This document shows positions 47,564 to 57,625 of a stretch of 64,000 nt of DNA, piece by piece; the stretch's first letter is position 1; each line of letters starts with the position of its first letter. The translations under genes were made by a program, and so were the position numbers. The stretch is from Desulfomonilia bacterium (lineage in GTDB: Bacteria > Desulfobacterota > Desulfomonilia > UBA1062): the NCBI GenBank assembly GCA_050014195.1, contig JBEKDT010000005.1, forward strand, positions 159,012 to 223,011. The letters are read 5' to 3'. The notes under the pieces were generated by a model. It did not search any database. It saw only the letters and a program-made list of their open reading frames with translations, and was not told where the DNA came from.

Positions 47564-49516
47564 ATGGTAGGATTTCCCAAGACGGACAAGAGAAGGAAAA
47601 AGGTAATTACCGGCCGGCTGACATGGAACCCCAAGGGCTATGCCTTTGTGGATTCAAAGGATCTGGATGAAGGCGTCTTCATCCCCCCTGAAGGGTTGAA
47701 CAGCGCCCTTGACGGCGATATGGTGGAGGTGAGTGTATGGCGCGACCGCAAAGGTTTGCGGGGCAAGGTCGCCTCCATCATTCAGCGCACCCGCCTCACC
47801 ATAAGCGGGAGATATGTGCGGATGCGCAAGTTCGGCATCCTGGAACCCGTTAAGCAGATGCCGTATACGATCATCATCCCGCTCGGCTCCGAGGGAGATG
47901 CACGCACCGGTGACATGGTGAGCGTCACCATCATCCCTCCCAAGGCACACAAGAAGGTAGGCACCCTGGAAGCAAAGGTGGAGAGATCGCTGGATATCCC
48001 CAAGGGTGTGGACGATGACCTTGCAATGGTCGCTGCCAAATACGGGCTCTCCTGGCGGTTCTCCGAGGAAGTACAGCAGGAGGCCGAGAAGATGGCCCGC
48101 ATAGACATGGCAAAAGAGCTTACCTTAAGGAAAGACCTCAGGGGCAGGGTGCTCTTCACTATAGACGGTATCAATGCGAAGGACTTCGATGATGCCGTGG
48201 GTATCGAGCGGTTGGAGGACGGCGCCTTGCTGCTCACGGTCGCCATTGCCGATGTGGCCCATGTGGTGAGGCCCGGCACTGCGCTGGATAAAGAGGCACA
48301 ATCCAGGTCTTTCAGCGTCTATTTCCCCGAAACGGTCATCCCCATGCTTCCCGAGGTGCTCTCAAACGATATCATGAGCCTGAAACCCGATCAGGACAGG
48401 CTTGCCGTGGCTGCCGAGATCGTCCTCGGCCCCAGGGGCAAGGTCATCTCGCACAAGGTCTTCGAGACCGTCATCCGCTCCCGCGCAAGGCTCACCTATG
48501 AGGAGGTGGGGCCTTTCCTGGAGGGAAAACCCGGGGCCAAAGGCCTTGAGAAGGAGATCGCCTGGAGGCTCTCAGAGCTCCATAAACTCTCGATGCACCT
48601 ACGGGAGCGCAGGAGAAAGCAGGGCAGCCTGGACTTCGACATGTCGAAGAGGGAGATGTCGACGGACCAGGCCGGCCTCGTGCAGGACATAAAGAGGATC
48701 AGGCACGGACCGGCTGAGCGACTCATCGAGGAGGCGATGCTGCTTGCGAACAAGACCGTCTGTACCTTTCTCATGAACCATCACATGCCGATATTGTTCC
48801 GCGTGCACGAGAAACCGAAGTACGAGGATCTCATCGAGCTTATGGATACACTGGCCGAGATCGGATTCTCCTCTTCTCTCCTGGCGCGGCTCAAAAAGGC
48901 TGCCCTGTCATCAAAGGGCCTCTCGGAGGTGCTCCAGGCGATTTCCGATAGCTGCAAAGGGAAAGCCCTGGAGGCCTTTGTGAACACCAACATCCTTAAG
49001 TCTCTGAGACGGGCGCAGTATTCGCACGAAGACCTGGGTCATTTCGGGCTCGCATGCACGGGGTACCTCCACTTCACCTCACCCATCAGGAGATATCCCG
49101 ACCTGGTGATACACAGGCTTGTCAAGGCTGCCCTGGACTCCGGGGGGACCACCAAGAAGGGGCATGAGAAGACCCTCAAACAGCTCAAGAAGGTGGCGCT
49201 TGAAGTGACCGAGCAAGAGAAGATCACGGATGATGCCATGATGGAGGCACTCAAGATCAAGGCGGCAGCCTATATGGTTTCCCGCCTGGGTGACGAGTTT
49301 GATGCCGTGATCACCAGCATCATGCCCTATGGCATGTTCATCGAGGTCCTGGACCCGCCCGTGGACGGGCTGGTGAGGAATGATGACATAGGGGGCGAGC
49401 CTTCACGAAAGAGCAGGCGACCGAAGCAGCAGCGGCACACCATGGGACAGATCATCCGGGTGAAGCTCGTCAGGGCGGACAGGACCAACGGGCAAATCGA
49501 CTTCTCGCTTGTTTAG
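47564..49516 (+). CDS. rnr: Ribonuclease R / RNase II family exoribonuclease
   Basis: GYAFV CSD, FTIDG..AKDFDDAV, IEEAMLLAN, HFGLA...Y.HFTSPIRRYPDL..HR, S1 domain. Confidence 0.9.
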   Translation: MVGFPKTDKRRKKVITGRLTWNPKGYAFVDSKDLDEGVFIPPEGLNSALDGDMVEVSVWRDRKGLRGKVASIIQRTRLTISGRYVRMRKFGILEPVKQMPYTIIIPLGSEGDARTGDMVSVTIIPPKAHKKVGTLEAKVERSLDIPKGVDDDLAMVAAKYGLSWRFSEEVQQEAEKMARIDMAKELTLRKDLRGRVLFTIDGINAKDFDDAVGIERLEDGALLLTVAIADVAHVVRPGTALDKEAQSRSFSVYFPETVIPMLPEVLSNDIMSLKPDQDRLAVAAEIVLGPRGKVISHKVFETVIRSRARLTYEEVGPFLEGKPGAKGLEKEIAWRLSELHKLSMHLRERRRKQGSLDFDMSKREMSTDQAGLVQDIKRIRHGPAERLIEEAMLLANKTVCTFLMNHHMPILFRVHEKPKYEDLIELMDTLAEIGFSSSLLARLKKAALSSKGLSEVLQAISDSCKGKALEAFVNTNILKSLRRAQYSHEDLGHFGLACTGYLHFTSPIRRYPDLVIHRLVKAALDSGGTTKKGHEKTLKQLKKVALEVTEQEKITDDAMMEALKIKAAAYMVSRLGDEFDAVITSIMPYGMFIEVLDPPVDGLVRNDDIGGEPSRKSRRPKQQRHTMGQIIRVKLVRADRTNGQIDFSLV

Positions 49517-49620
49517 GACGCAGCAATGATACGAAGGGCGTTTGCCGGGATAAGGGGTATTACAGGCACATGATAGGTATCCTTTAAAGACATGAGATCT
49601 TGGAATACAGGAGACAATCC

Positions 49621-49980
49621 ATGTCAATGAATAATGAATTCCTGCGCTATGTCCTCGACCAATTGAGGGGTCTGGGAGTGGTCACCTCCCGCAAGATGTT
49701 CGGCGGGGCAGGCCTCTACCTGGACGGCACCATCTTCGCCCTTATTGCCTATGATACCCTCTACTTCAAGGTGGATGATACAAACCGGTCCGATTTCGAA
49801 GCGGCCGGCATGGAACCCTTCCGGCCCTTTGACGAAACATCATACGTCATGAGCTACTATGAAGTACCCATTGACGTTCTTGAGGACGGTGACGAGCTCG
49901 TCTCATGGGCAAGGAATGCGCTCGCTGCGGCCCGCCGGGCGCCTTCAAAGAAAAAGAAGGCGGGCAAGAGACGGGCTTAA
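49621..49980 (+). CDS. TfoX/Sxy N-terminal domain protein
   Basis: RKMFGG.GLY, FALI..D.LYFKVD, MSYYEVP. Confidence 0.9.
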   Translation: MSMNNEFLRYVLDQLRGLGVVTSRKMFGGAGLYLDGTIFALIAYDTLYFKVDDTNRSDFEAAGMEPFRPFDETSYVMSYYEVPIDVLEDGDELVSWARNALAAARRAPSKKKKAGKRRA

Positions 49981-50019
49981 GGCAAACTCAGGTCATATGC
50001 AAATATGTTTGGATAATTT

Positions 50020-50775
50020 TTACTTCTTATGCTTCAGCGCAGCGCCGCCCAGGTAGGCCTCCTGGATGCGCTCGTCGGACTTGAGGTCGGCAGCAATGCC
50101 TTGGGCGGCTATTCTGCCGTTTTCCAGCACATAGCCGCGGCCCGCAATGGACAGAGCCTTGTAGGCGTTCTGCTCCACCAGGAGTATGGAAACACCTTGA
50201 TTGTTGATCTCGCGGATGATGTCAAAGATCTGCTTGACCAGTATGGGCGCAAGGCCCAGGGAAGGCTCGTCCAGAAGCAGGACCTTTGGGCTGCTCATGA
50301 GGGCGCGACCGATCGCCAGCATCTGCTGCTCTCCGCCCGAAAGCGTGCCTGCGAGCTGGGATCTCCGCTCCTTGAGGATCGGGAACAGGGTGTGGACCCG
50401 CTCCTTGGCCCGGGCGATCTCTTCCTTATGTTTCCTGCGGGTGAAGGCGCCGAGGTTGAGGTTCTCATCCACCGTGTGCGTGGGGAACACCCTGCGGCCC
50501 TCGGGTGAGAGTGATATGCCCCTGCGTACGATCTCATAGGCAGGTACCTTGTTGAGCGGTGTGCCTGCGTAGGTCACCGTTCCGGCCGCAATGGGAATGA
50601 GGCCGCATACGGCCTTGAGAAGGGTCGACTTGCCCGCACCGTTGGCCCCCAGCACCGTGACGATCTCACCCTCGCCCAGGTCTATGCTGATCCCCTTGAG
50701 GACCTCCCGGGCACCGCACAGGATGCTGAGATCACCAATGGACAACAGGGCCGACACGCTCTTCTCCTTCGTCAT
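50020..50775 (-). CDS. livF: Branched-chain amino acid ABC transporter ATP-binding protein
   Basis: GANGAGKST, LSGGEQQMLAIGRAL, LDEPSLGLAP, VEQN. Confidence 0.92.
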   Translation of the reverse strand: MTKEKSVSALLSIGDLSILCGAREVLKGISIDLGEGEIVTVLGANGAGKSTLLKAVCGLIPIAAGTVTYAGTPLNKVPAYEIVRRGISLSPEGRRVFPTHTVDENLNLGAFTRRKHKEEIARAKERVHTLFPILKERRSQLAGTLSGGEQQMLAIGRALMSSPKVLLLDEPSLGLAPILVKQIFDIIREINNQGVSILLVEQNAYKALSIAGRGYVLENGRIAAQGIAADLKSDERIQEAYLGGAALKHKK

Positions 50776-51562
50776 CCTTGCCGAGATAGGCCTCGATCAC
50801 CGCCTCGTCGTTATAGATGTCCAGGGGCAGGCCTTGTGCGATCTTCTTCCCCTCGTCCATGACCACGACCCAGTCGGATATGCCCATGACCACGTTCATG
50901 TCGTGCTCGATGAGCAGGATCGTGAGGTCCTCATGGAGGATGAGCCTTTTCAGGAAGTCCATGAGGTCTTGGGTCTCTTTGGGATTGAGCCCGCTGCTGG
51001 GCTCGTCCAGCACCAGGAGCTGTGGTTCGGAGGCGAGCGCCCTGGCGATCTCCAGCATCCGCTGAGAGCCGTAGGCGATGTTCTTGGCAAGCTCGTCCTT
51101 GAACTGGGCGAGGTCCACCTGCTTTATCCTCTCTTGGGCCACCCGGGCTATGCGCCGCTCCTGGCGCCTCATGGAAGGCGTCCTGAAAACGCTGGAGAAG
51201 AGGCCTGAAGAGGCCCTGCAGTGCTGGCCAGCCATGATGTTTTCCAGGCAGGTCATGTCCTGGAAGAGCCTGATGTTCTGGAATGTCCGGGCTATACCAT
51301 GGCTCACGATCTGATGGGGTTTCTTCCCGGTGATGTTTGTGCCTCTGAATATGACTCCCCCGTGTTCGGGCTTGTAGATGCCGGTGACCACGTTGAACAC
51401 CGTGGTCTTGCCCGCTCCGTTGGGGCCGATGAGGCTCAGGATCTCGCCCTTGTGTACGACAAGGTCGAAGTCGTTCACCGCCTTGAGCCCGCCGAAGATC
51501 TTGGTGAGGCCTTTTGTCTCCAGGACGACCTCCCGGTCGCTGTAGGGCCTAGACAGCGCCAT
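50732..51562 (-). CDS. livG: Branched-chain amino acid ABC transporter ATP-binding protein
   Basis: FGGLKAV, GPNGAGKTT, GIARTFQNIRLF, IEHDM, EAYLG. Confidence 0.92.
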   Translation of the reverse strand: MALSRPYSDREVVLETKGLTKIFGGLKAVNDFDLVVHKGEILSLIGPNGAGKTTVFNVVTGIYKPEHGGVIFRGTNITGKKPHQIVSHGIARTFQNIRLFQDMTCLENIMAGQHCRASSGLFSSVFRTPSMRRQERRIARVAQERIKQVDLAQFKDELAKNIAYGSQRMLEIARALASEPQLLVLDEPSSGLNPKETQDLMDFLKRLILHEDLTILLIEHDMNVVMGISDWVVVMDEGKKIAQGLPLDIYNDEAVIEAYLGKDDEGEERVGPVVHW

Positions 51563-52535
51563 CGACGGTGTCCTCCAGGAGCGAGCGGAAAGAGACTCCG
51601 CCGCGTTTTCTCGGCCAGAAGCCGCCCGGGCGGAACATCATCATGACGATCATGACCGAGCCGAATACGAGCATGCGGTACATGGCGAACGGCCTGAAGA
51701 TCTCGGGGAAAAGGCTTATGAAGCCTGCCCCGATGATCACCCCGGGGATGGAGCCCATACCGCCGATGAGCACAATGCAGAACATGAGGCATGACTCCCA
51801 GAAGGTGAAGCTCTCGGGGGAGACGCACATGAGCTTGCTCGCATAGATATTGCCCGCCACACCTGCAAGCCCCGCCCCGATGACAAAGGCCAGGAGCTTG
51901 TAGTGCCGTACGTTGATCCCGGTTGTGCCTGCGGCGATCCCATCCTCACGGATACAGTTCCATGCCCTGCCGATGCGGGAATGCTGGAGGCTGACGAGCC
52001 CCAGGATGGACAGCCCTACCACGGCCCAGATGAGGAAGTAGTATTTTATGGAAGAGTCGATGACTATGCCGGGTGCAAGCTTGGGAAAATCCACACCGAA
52101 CACCCCGTTGGGCCCGCCCGTGAGGTCGAAGGGGTTGTTGATGAGCGCCAGGCGGACGATCTCTCCCATGCCGATGGTGACTATGCAGAGGTAGTCGCCT
52201 TTTAAATGGATGATGGGCGAGCACACGATGTAGGCGAACAGGGCAGCTGCAAAAGCGCTTATGGGGAGAAGGGCCAGTATGGGAATCTGGTAGCGTGTGT
52301 TCAGGATCGCCGTGACATATGCGCCGATGGCATAGAAGCCCGCATGCCCCAGGTCGAAGAGACCGACTTCGCCGAGCACGATGTTGAGGCTCAGCCCTAA
52401 GAGGGCGTAGATACCGAAGAAGAACGCGATATCGATGAAGTAGTTGCTCACCAGAAACGGGTAGATGATGAGCGCCGTCAAGGCCGCGGGTATGTACCAG
52501 GGTGTGTTCTTGAAGATCTTTGCCAGGGCGCTCAC
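51549..52535 (-). CDS. livM: Branched-chain amino acid ABC transporter permease
   Basis: LNIVLG..GL.DLG..GFYAIGAY, GDYL.IVT.G.GEI, GG.GS..G; GTG start at 52535. Confidence 0.9.
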   Translation of the reverse strand: MSALAKIFKNTPWYIPAALTALIIYPFLVSNYFIDIAFFFGIYALLGLSLNIVLGEVGLFDLGHAGFYAIGAYVTAILNTRYQIPILALLPISAFAAALFAYIVCSPIIHLKGDYLCIVTIGMGEIVRLALINNPFDLTGGPNGVFGVDFPKLAPGIVIDSSIKYYFLIWAVVGLSILGLVSLQHSRIGRAWNCIREDGIAAGTTGINVRHYKLLAFVIGAGLAGVAGNIYASKLMCVSPESFTFWESCLMFCIVLIGGMGSIPGVIIGAGFISLFPEIFRPFAMYRMLVFGSVMIVMMMFRPGGFWPRKRGGVSFRSLLEDTVDGAV

Positions 52536-52539
52536 GGCC

Positions 52540-53451
52540 TCATACCTTCTCCGCGATCTTTTCGCCGAACAGGCCATTGGGCCTGAAGATAAGCACGAGG
52601 ATGAGGATGAGGAACACGAATACATCCTTCCATGCAGCCGATATGTAGGCCGCCCCCAGCATCTCCAACACGCCTAAAATGAGCCCGCCGAACATGGCCC
52701 CCGGCAGGTTTCCGATGCCCCCTAAAATGGTCGCCGTAAAGGCCTTGAGCCCATAGTTCCATCCCATGGTGAAGCTGATCTGGCGGTAGTACATCCCCAC
52801 CATGACACCGGCGGTTGCGCCGAGCGCAGGGCCCAGGGTGAAGATGAACAGGATCACCCTGTTGAAGTTGATCCCCATGAGTGATGCCGTGTCCCGGTCA
52901 TGGGCAGTGGCCCGCACGGCCGCCCCGAAGGTGGTCCTCTGGATTATATAATAGAGTACGGACATGAGGAAAAAGGACAGGACAAGGATGATGACCTGCA
53001 GCAGGGTGATATTGATTCCCCCCAGCTGGAAGCGCACGACCGGGATGAGTGCCGCCGGATATGCCTGATACCTCGGCCCCCAGATAAGCATGATGGTGTT
53101 CTGCAGAAAGATGGATGCGCCCAGGGCTGATACCACGGCAGGCAGCCTGCCTACCGGGTACACGGGCCGGTATGCCACCCTCTCCACCAGAAGGCCCACG
53201 ATGGTAAGGCTGCCGGCAGCCACGCAAATGGCCGAGAGCATGCCTATCCAGGGACCGAATTGGACGGTGAGCGCCGCAGCGCCGAGGACGAGAACGGTGT
53301 ATCCGATATAAGAGCCCATGGTGAAGAAATCACCATGGGCGAAGTTGATGAGCTTCAGAACGCCGTAGACCATCGAGTATCCCAGCGCAATGAGCGCATA
53401 GAACGACCCGATGGTCAGGCCGTTGATGAGCTGCTCGAGCAACAGTTGCAT
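52540..53451 (-). CDS. livH: Branched-chain amino acid ABC transporter permease
   Basis: YALIALGYSMVYGVLKLINFAHG, GLKAFTA.ILGGIGN. Confidence 0.92.
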   Translation of the reverse strand: MQLLLEQLINGLTIGSFYALIALGYSMVYGVLKLINFAHGDFFTMGSYIGYTVLVLGAAALTVQFGPWIGMLSAICVAAGSLTIVGLLVERVAYRPVYPVGRLPAVVSALGASIFLQNTIMLIWGPRYQAYPAALIPVVRFQLGGINITLLQVIILVLSFFLMSVLYYIIQRTTFGAAVRATAHDRDTASLMGINFNRVILFIFTLGPALGATAGVMVGMYYRQISFTMGWNYGLKAFTATILGGIGNLPGAMFGGLILGVLEMLGAAYISAAWKDVFVFLILILVLIFRPNGLFGEKIAEKV

Positions 53452-53471
53452 AGTATTTCTAAATTTTATCC

Positions 53472-53592
53472 GAGGTAACTGCAGAACTCAAAAAAGGTGT
53501 CACCCCCGCGAATGCGGGGGTCCAGAACTTCTTGAAAAGACTGGATTCCCGCTTTCGCGGGAATGACAATCTCTGACTTTTGCAATCGACTC
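53472..53592. repeat. dRS3/RPE-like palindromic element inside an outer inverted repeat
   Basis: GTCACCCCCGCGAATGCGGGGGTCCAG...CTGGATTCCCGCTTTCGCGGGAATGAC (53499-53567); outer GAG....TGCAGAACTC / GACTTTTGCA....CTC. Confidence 0.75.
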
Positions 53593-53616
53593 ATATGCAA
53601 GTTGTAATGTCCAATG

Positions 53617-54771
53617 CTACTTCGAGATCACGATCTTGCCCGCGTCGTCCACCACATAGAGGTAGAACGGGACGCCCACGCGGTCGCCCTGAGCGGTGAA
53701 CCCGATGGGGCCTGTGATCCCCGGGACCTTCTTCGCCTTGTTCCTCAGGAAGTCGGCGATCTTATCGGAGTCCGTGGACTTGGTCTTGTCGACGGCGTAT
53801 GCAATGATGTTCACCGCGTCAGCAGCGTAAATGGGCCACGGGCTTGAAGGGATGTCGCCGTACTTTGCCTTGTAGGCGGCGAGGAAGTCCTTGGCCTCCT
53901 TGTAGGGCAGGTCGCCGGGCAGCGGTTCGTTGGTCATGTAGCAGCCCTTGGCAATGTTTACGCCGGCGATCTTCACGAACTCCTCATTGATGGCCGCATT
54001 GCCGCCGACAAAGGGGCATTTGATCCCGATGTCGCGGGCCTGGGTCACAAGCAGAGCGGCCTCTGCATAGTAGCCGGTGTAGTACCAGACATCGGGCTTG
54101 CTTTCGCGCAGGTTGGTGAGCGGGACTTTATAGTCCTTCTCGCCGGGCGTGATGGCATCGTAGAACACGATCTCCACCTTCTTGGCCTTTACCAGGGCAT
54201 CCAGTGCCTTCTTGGTGTCCTCGGCCAGGCCTTTGCCGAACGCTGTGTTGTCGTGCATGATGGCGATCCGTTTGGCCTTGAACTTGGAAGGCACCGAAGC
54301 GGCGAAGAACTTGCCCTGGGAGTCGTCACGGCCGCAGGTGCGGAAGAAGTATTTAAACCCCCGCTCGGTAAGCCTCACCGCAGTGACGCCATAGCCGATG
54401 TTCACCTTCTTGAATTTCTCATAGATGTTGGATGCCGGCTCGCATACCGATGAACCGTAGGTGGAAACAACCGCCACCACTTCCTTCTGGCCCACGAGCT
54501 TCTGGGCGGCCAATGCACCGGTCTTGGGTTCGCCGGCATCGTCCTCAACCCTGATCTCGATCTTACGGCCGCCCAAGATGCCGCCCTTCTTGTTGATGAG
54601 GTCTGCCGCGATCTCGCATGACTGCTTAGCCATCTGGCCCTCGTATGCCCAAGCGCCCGTGATGGGCCCTTGGAGGCCGATCACGACCGGCTCCTTCTCT
54701 GCCGAATACACTGCCGGCACAGCCATGAACATCAGGATACTTGCTACAAAAAGATACTTCACGAATTTCAT
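53617..54771 (-). CDS. livK: Branched-chain amino acid ABC transporter substrate-binding protein
   Basis: Signal peptide; GP.TG..A, IN.KGG.LG, DD...P, FFRT..RDD.QG. Confidence 0.9.
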   Translation of the reverse strand: MKFVKYLFVASILMFMAVPAVYSAEKEPVVIGLQGPITGAWAYEGQMAKQSCEIAADLINKKGGILGGRKIEIRVEDDAGEPKTGALAAQKLVGQKEVVAVVSTYGSSVCEPASNIYEKFKKVNIGYGVTAVRLTERGFKYFFRTCGRDDSQGKFFAASVPSKFKAKRIAIMHDNTAFGKGLAEDTKKALDALVKAKKVEIVFYDAITPGEKDYKVPLTNLRESKPDVWYYTGYYAEAALLVTQARDIGIKCPFVGGNAAINEEFVKIAGVNIAKGCYMTNEPLPGDLPYKEAKDFLAAYKAKYGDIPSSPWPIYAADAVNIIAYAVDKTKSTDSDKIADFLRNKAKKVPGITGPIGFTAQGDRVGVPFYLYVVDDAGKIVISK

Positions 54772-54950
54772 ATCTCATACCCCCTCGGAATAAAGTTTTG
54801 AAAATCTCCTCTGATCCGCACACCAGGACAATATGATCATACGTGTGCGGGTATTCCTCCTTATGTAATGCCCCCTGTTAGAATCCACCTGATGTGGTGT
54901 GGGATCAACACTATAAGAGGGGGAGCGGCATACTGTCAATGGCAAACTCT

Positions 54951-55053
54951 GTAGGAGCGGCTTTAGCCGCGACATCCGGCATGGGTCGCGCCTGAAGGCG
55001 CTCCTACATCTCAATAATACGTTGCACGTTGTAGGAGCGGACTGAAGCCGCGA
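54951..55053. repeat. REPIN-like doublet plus a third GTAG REP
   Basis: GTAGGAGCGGCTTTAGCCGCGA...TCGCGCCTGAAGGCGCTCCTAC (54951-55007); GTAGGAGCGGACTGAAGCCGCGA (55031-55053). Confidence 0.85.
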
Positions 55054-55071
55054 CACGGAGTGACCCCCCGG

Positions 55072-56010
55072 TTAATGGGTTTTGTTGGCCCTTATGACAC
55101 TAGGTGAAAGGCTATCATGCTCCCGCTCCCACTGGAGGAGCACAATGGCAATGATAACCGACAAGCCTCCCGCGATCTGGAGGGGGGAAAGAGACTCGCC
55201 CAGGAGGAAGAACGCCATGAAGGCCGCGGCGATCGGTTCGAGGGTTGCAGTGATGATGGTGCGTGTGGAGCGGATGTAGTTGACGCCCGCGAGGTACAGA
55301 CCGAAGGGGATCAGCGTGCCGAAGACGACGATGTAGAGGATGGAAGCCCATTGGGTGGGTGTGTACGACTGTGACAAGACACTCAGCGGTCTGTGAACTA
55401 TGTTCAAGGACAATGCCGAAAACAGGAACCCATAGACCAGGACGGTCCAGGGGTTATATTGGTGCATGCCCTTTTCGCTGAGCAGGGTCGTCGAGGCGAA
55501 GGCAATGGCCGAGAGCAGCGCCCACATGATGCCCACGCGGTTCATGGTGAGGAGTGAAAGGTTGTAGCCGCCGACGACCAGATAACACCCGGCAACGGAG
55601 AGCACCAGCGCGAGCACCTTCAGGAATGTCACCCGCTCATGCCAGAACAGCATGGAATAGCATGCCACCAGGACAGGCGCCAGGTACTGAACGAGTATGG
55701 CCGCCGCCACCTGGATCCTGCTGATGGCAAAAAAGTACGAGAGCTGCATCAATGCCATGAACACGCCGCCGAACAGGAAGAGGTGGCCGATATCTCGCAC
55801 CCTGATCTTGAGCAGCGCGGGTCTCCAGAGAAAAAGGATTGTGACCAGGATAACTGCAGACAGCACGACCCGGGTCTGGACCAGGATGAACGGCGACATG
55901 CCTGCATTGAAGAGGGCCTTCCCTGTTGTCCCGCACGAGGCCCACAAAAGGGCCGCTGCCATGACGCAGAGATAGCCTCTTATTGTACCGGTCTTCATGG
56001 ATGCGCTCAC
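55072..56010 (-). CDS. EamA/DMT family transporter
   Basis: 10 TM in two EamA repeats; QYLAP, LEP..A, LGE.L. Confidence 0.9.
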   Translation of the reverse strand: MSASMKTGTIRGYLCVMAAALLWASCGTTGKALFNAGMSPFILVQTRVVLSAVILVTILFLWRPALLKIRVRDIGHLFLFGGVFMALMQLSYFFAISRIQVAAAILVQYLAPVLVACYSMLFWHERVTFLKVLALVLSVAGCYLVVGGYNLSLLTMNRVGIMWALLSAIAFASTTLLSEKGMHQYNPWTVLVYGFLFSALSLNIVHRPLSVLSQSYTPTQWASILYIVVFGTLIPFGLYLAGVNYIRSTRTIITATLEPIAAAFMAFFLLGESLSPLQIAGGLSVIIAIVLLQWEREHDSLSPSVIRANKTH

Positions 56011-57131
56011 AGCTGCGATGCTATAACCATTCTCTGCACATTCGCCGTGCCGTCGATGGCCTTCATGAGGCGGGCGTCATGATAAATCCGGGTGATCTCA
56101 TTTTGGCAGGCAATGGCCTTCTGCCCGAGCATCTCCATGCCGAAGGAGGCGACATCCATGAGCGTCTCGGAGGCAAAGAGCTTGGACATGGACGCCTCCA
56201 TGGTGAAGGGCTTGCCTGCATCGATTCGCATCAATGCGTCCTGGTAGAGAAGGCGTGCCGCATGAAGCCTCGTAGCAAGATCGGCCAGGGTGAAGGTAAC
56301 ACCCTGGAATGCGCTCAAGGGCTTGCCGAATTGGATATGGTCTTTTGTATGGGCAAGGATCAGATCCAGCGCGAGCCCGGCCTCCCCGACACAGTTTGCA
56401 GCCACCAGGGGCCTGCCTTTGTCCAGGGTCTCCATGAAGAGAAGATAACCGCTGCCCTCCTCTCCCAGGAGACATTCGGCAGGAATGCGGACGTTATCAA
56501 AGGATACGCTGCCCATGACACCATGCGAACAGCCAAAAGTATCATAAGGCTCACCCACGGATATTCCGGGAAGATCCGCATCCACCACAAAGGCATTCAG
56601 CGATGCCCTGCCCTTGGCCTTCTCTCTGGCGGCAAAGACGATGAATATGCGGGCAATGGCATGGTTGATGACAATGCTCTTGGTGCCGCTTATGAGGTAA
56701 TGATCGCCTTTTTTTTGTGCCGTCGTGGTGATGGATGTAATGTCGGAGCCTGCGGATTCCTCGGTAAGACAGAACCCGGCGGGCGCATGGTCCCTGGCAA
56801 TGGCCGAGAGGTATTTCTCGTGGACCACGTTCTTGCAGGCGTCTCCGATCATCTCGGCGCAGTGGACGGTGGTCAGGGGGCCATAGAGCGTGCCGGGAAG
56901 CTCGTGGCTCAAGAGTTCATAAACGATCCCGGCGCTCAGGTAATCAAGACCTTTGCCGCCGTACTGTTGGGGAATCAGGAGGGCATGATATCCTTTCCGG
57001 GCATATGCCTCAAAGAGCCTGCCTGCACGTTCCACCTTGCCGGTATCTTCTGCTAAGATGGCAGGGATCCCCTGTGCAAAGGCCTTGGCCTCTTCTAAGA
57101 GTTTTTGCTGCATGGGGCTCAGGTCAGTCAT
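56007..57131 (-). CDS. Acyl-CoA dehydrogenase family protein
   Basis: P..YGG.G, FCLTE..AGSD, G.K..I, QFGKPL..FQ, ASM.KLFASE. Confidence 0.9.
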   Translation of the reverse strand: MTDLSPMQQKLLEEAKAFAQGIPAILAEDTGKVERAGRLFEAYARKGYHALLIPQQYGGKGLDYLSAGIVYELLSHELPGTLYGPLTTVHCAEMIGDACKNVVHEKYLSAIARDHAPAGFCLTEESAGSDITSITTTAQKKGDHYLISGTKSIVINHAIARIFIVFAAREKAKGRASLNAFVVDADLPGISVGEPYDTFGCSHGVMGSVSFDNVRIPAECLLGEEGSGYLLFMETLDKGRPLVAANCVGEAGLALDLILAHTKDHIQFGKPLSAFQGVTFTLADLATRLHAARLLYQDALMRIDAGKPFTMEASMSKLFASETLMDVASFGMEMLGQKAIACQNEITRIYHDARLMKAIDGTANVQRMVIASQL

Positions 57132-57477
57132 GGTTTTTTCTCCACGTCAGGAAGTCAAGGTACTCGGACATTTCACCAAGTTCTTCTTCGCTCAAGTCCA
57201 GGTCTCGTATACGTGCCATGATCTGCTCTTTTCTGGAGGATGACTCCGAAGGTCGTGCGTTTGAGGCATCATCGTGGGGACCGATGAAGTAATCCAGGTT
57301 TTTTTCCAGCAGACGGGCGAATTCTTCGATCTGGTGGAGGTAGAGCCTGCGTTTCCCCAGTTCATAATTGGACAATGCGGCCTGGGTTATGCCGAGGGTC
57401 TGGGCAAGATCCACCTGGGTCAGGCCCTTTTCCTCCCGCGCCTTTTGTATCTTCTTGCCTATCTCCTTGAAACCCAT
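57124..57477 (-). CDS. XRE family HTH regulator
   Basis: GKKIQKARE..GLTQ..LA..LGITQ..LSNYE.GKR. Confidence 0.9.
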   Translation of the reverse strand: MGFKEIGKKIQKAREEKGLTQVDLAQTLGITQAALSNYELGKRRLYLHQIEEFARLLEKNLDYFIGPHDDASNARPSESSSRKEQIMARIRDLDLSEEELGEMSEYLDFLTWRKNHD

Positions 57478-57563
57478 GATGGTCTCTCCTTTGGGAGTAG
57501 TTCCATGTTGGGTGCCTGCACAGAAAAATGCAAGCCCATTCTCGTGTCCTGAGGCATAAATCC

Positions 57564-57609
57564 TTGACAGCGATATAATAGAAGGGCATAATTATAACAA
57601 ATTGTTATA
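57564..57609 (+). promoter_or_regulatory. sigma70 promoter with downstream palindromic operator
   Basis: TTGACA-17-CATAAT then TATAACAA-A-TTGTTATA (57593-57609). Confidence 0.65.
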
Positions 57610-57625
57610 TCGGGGGAGCAAAGAC

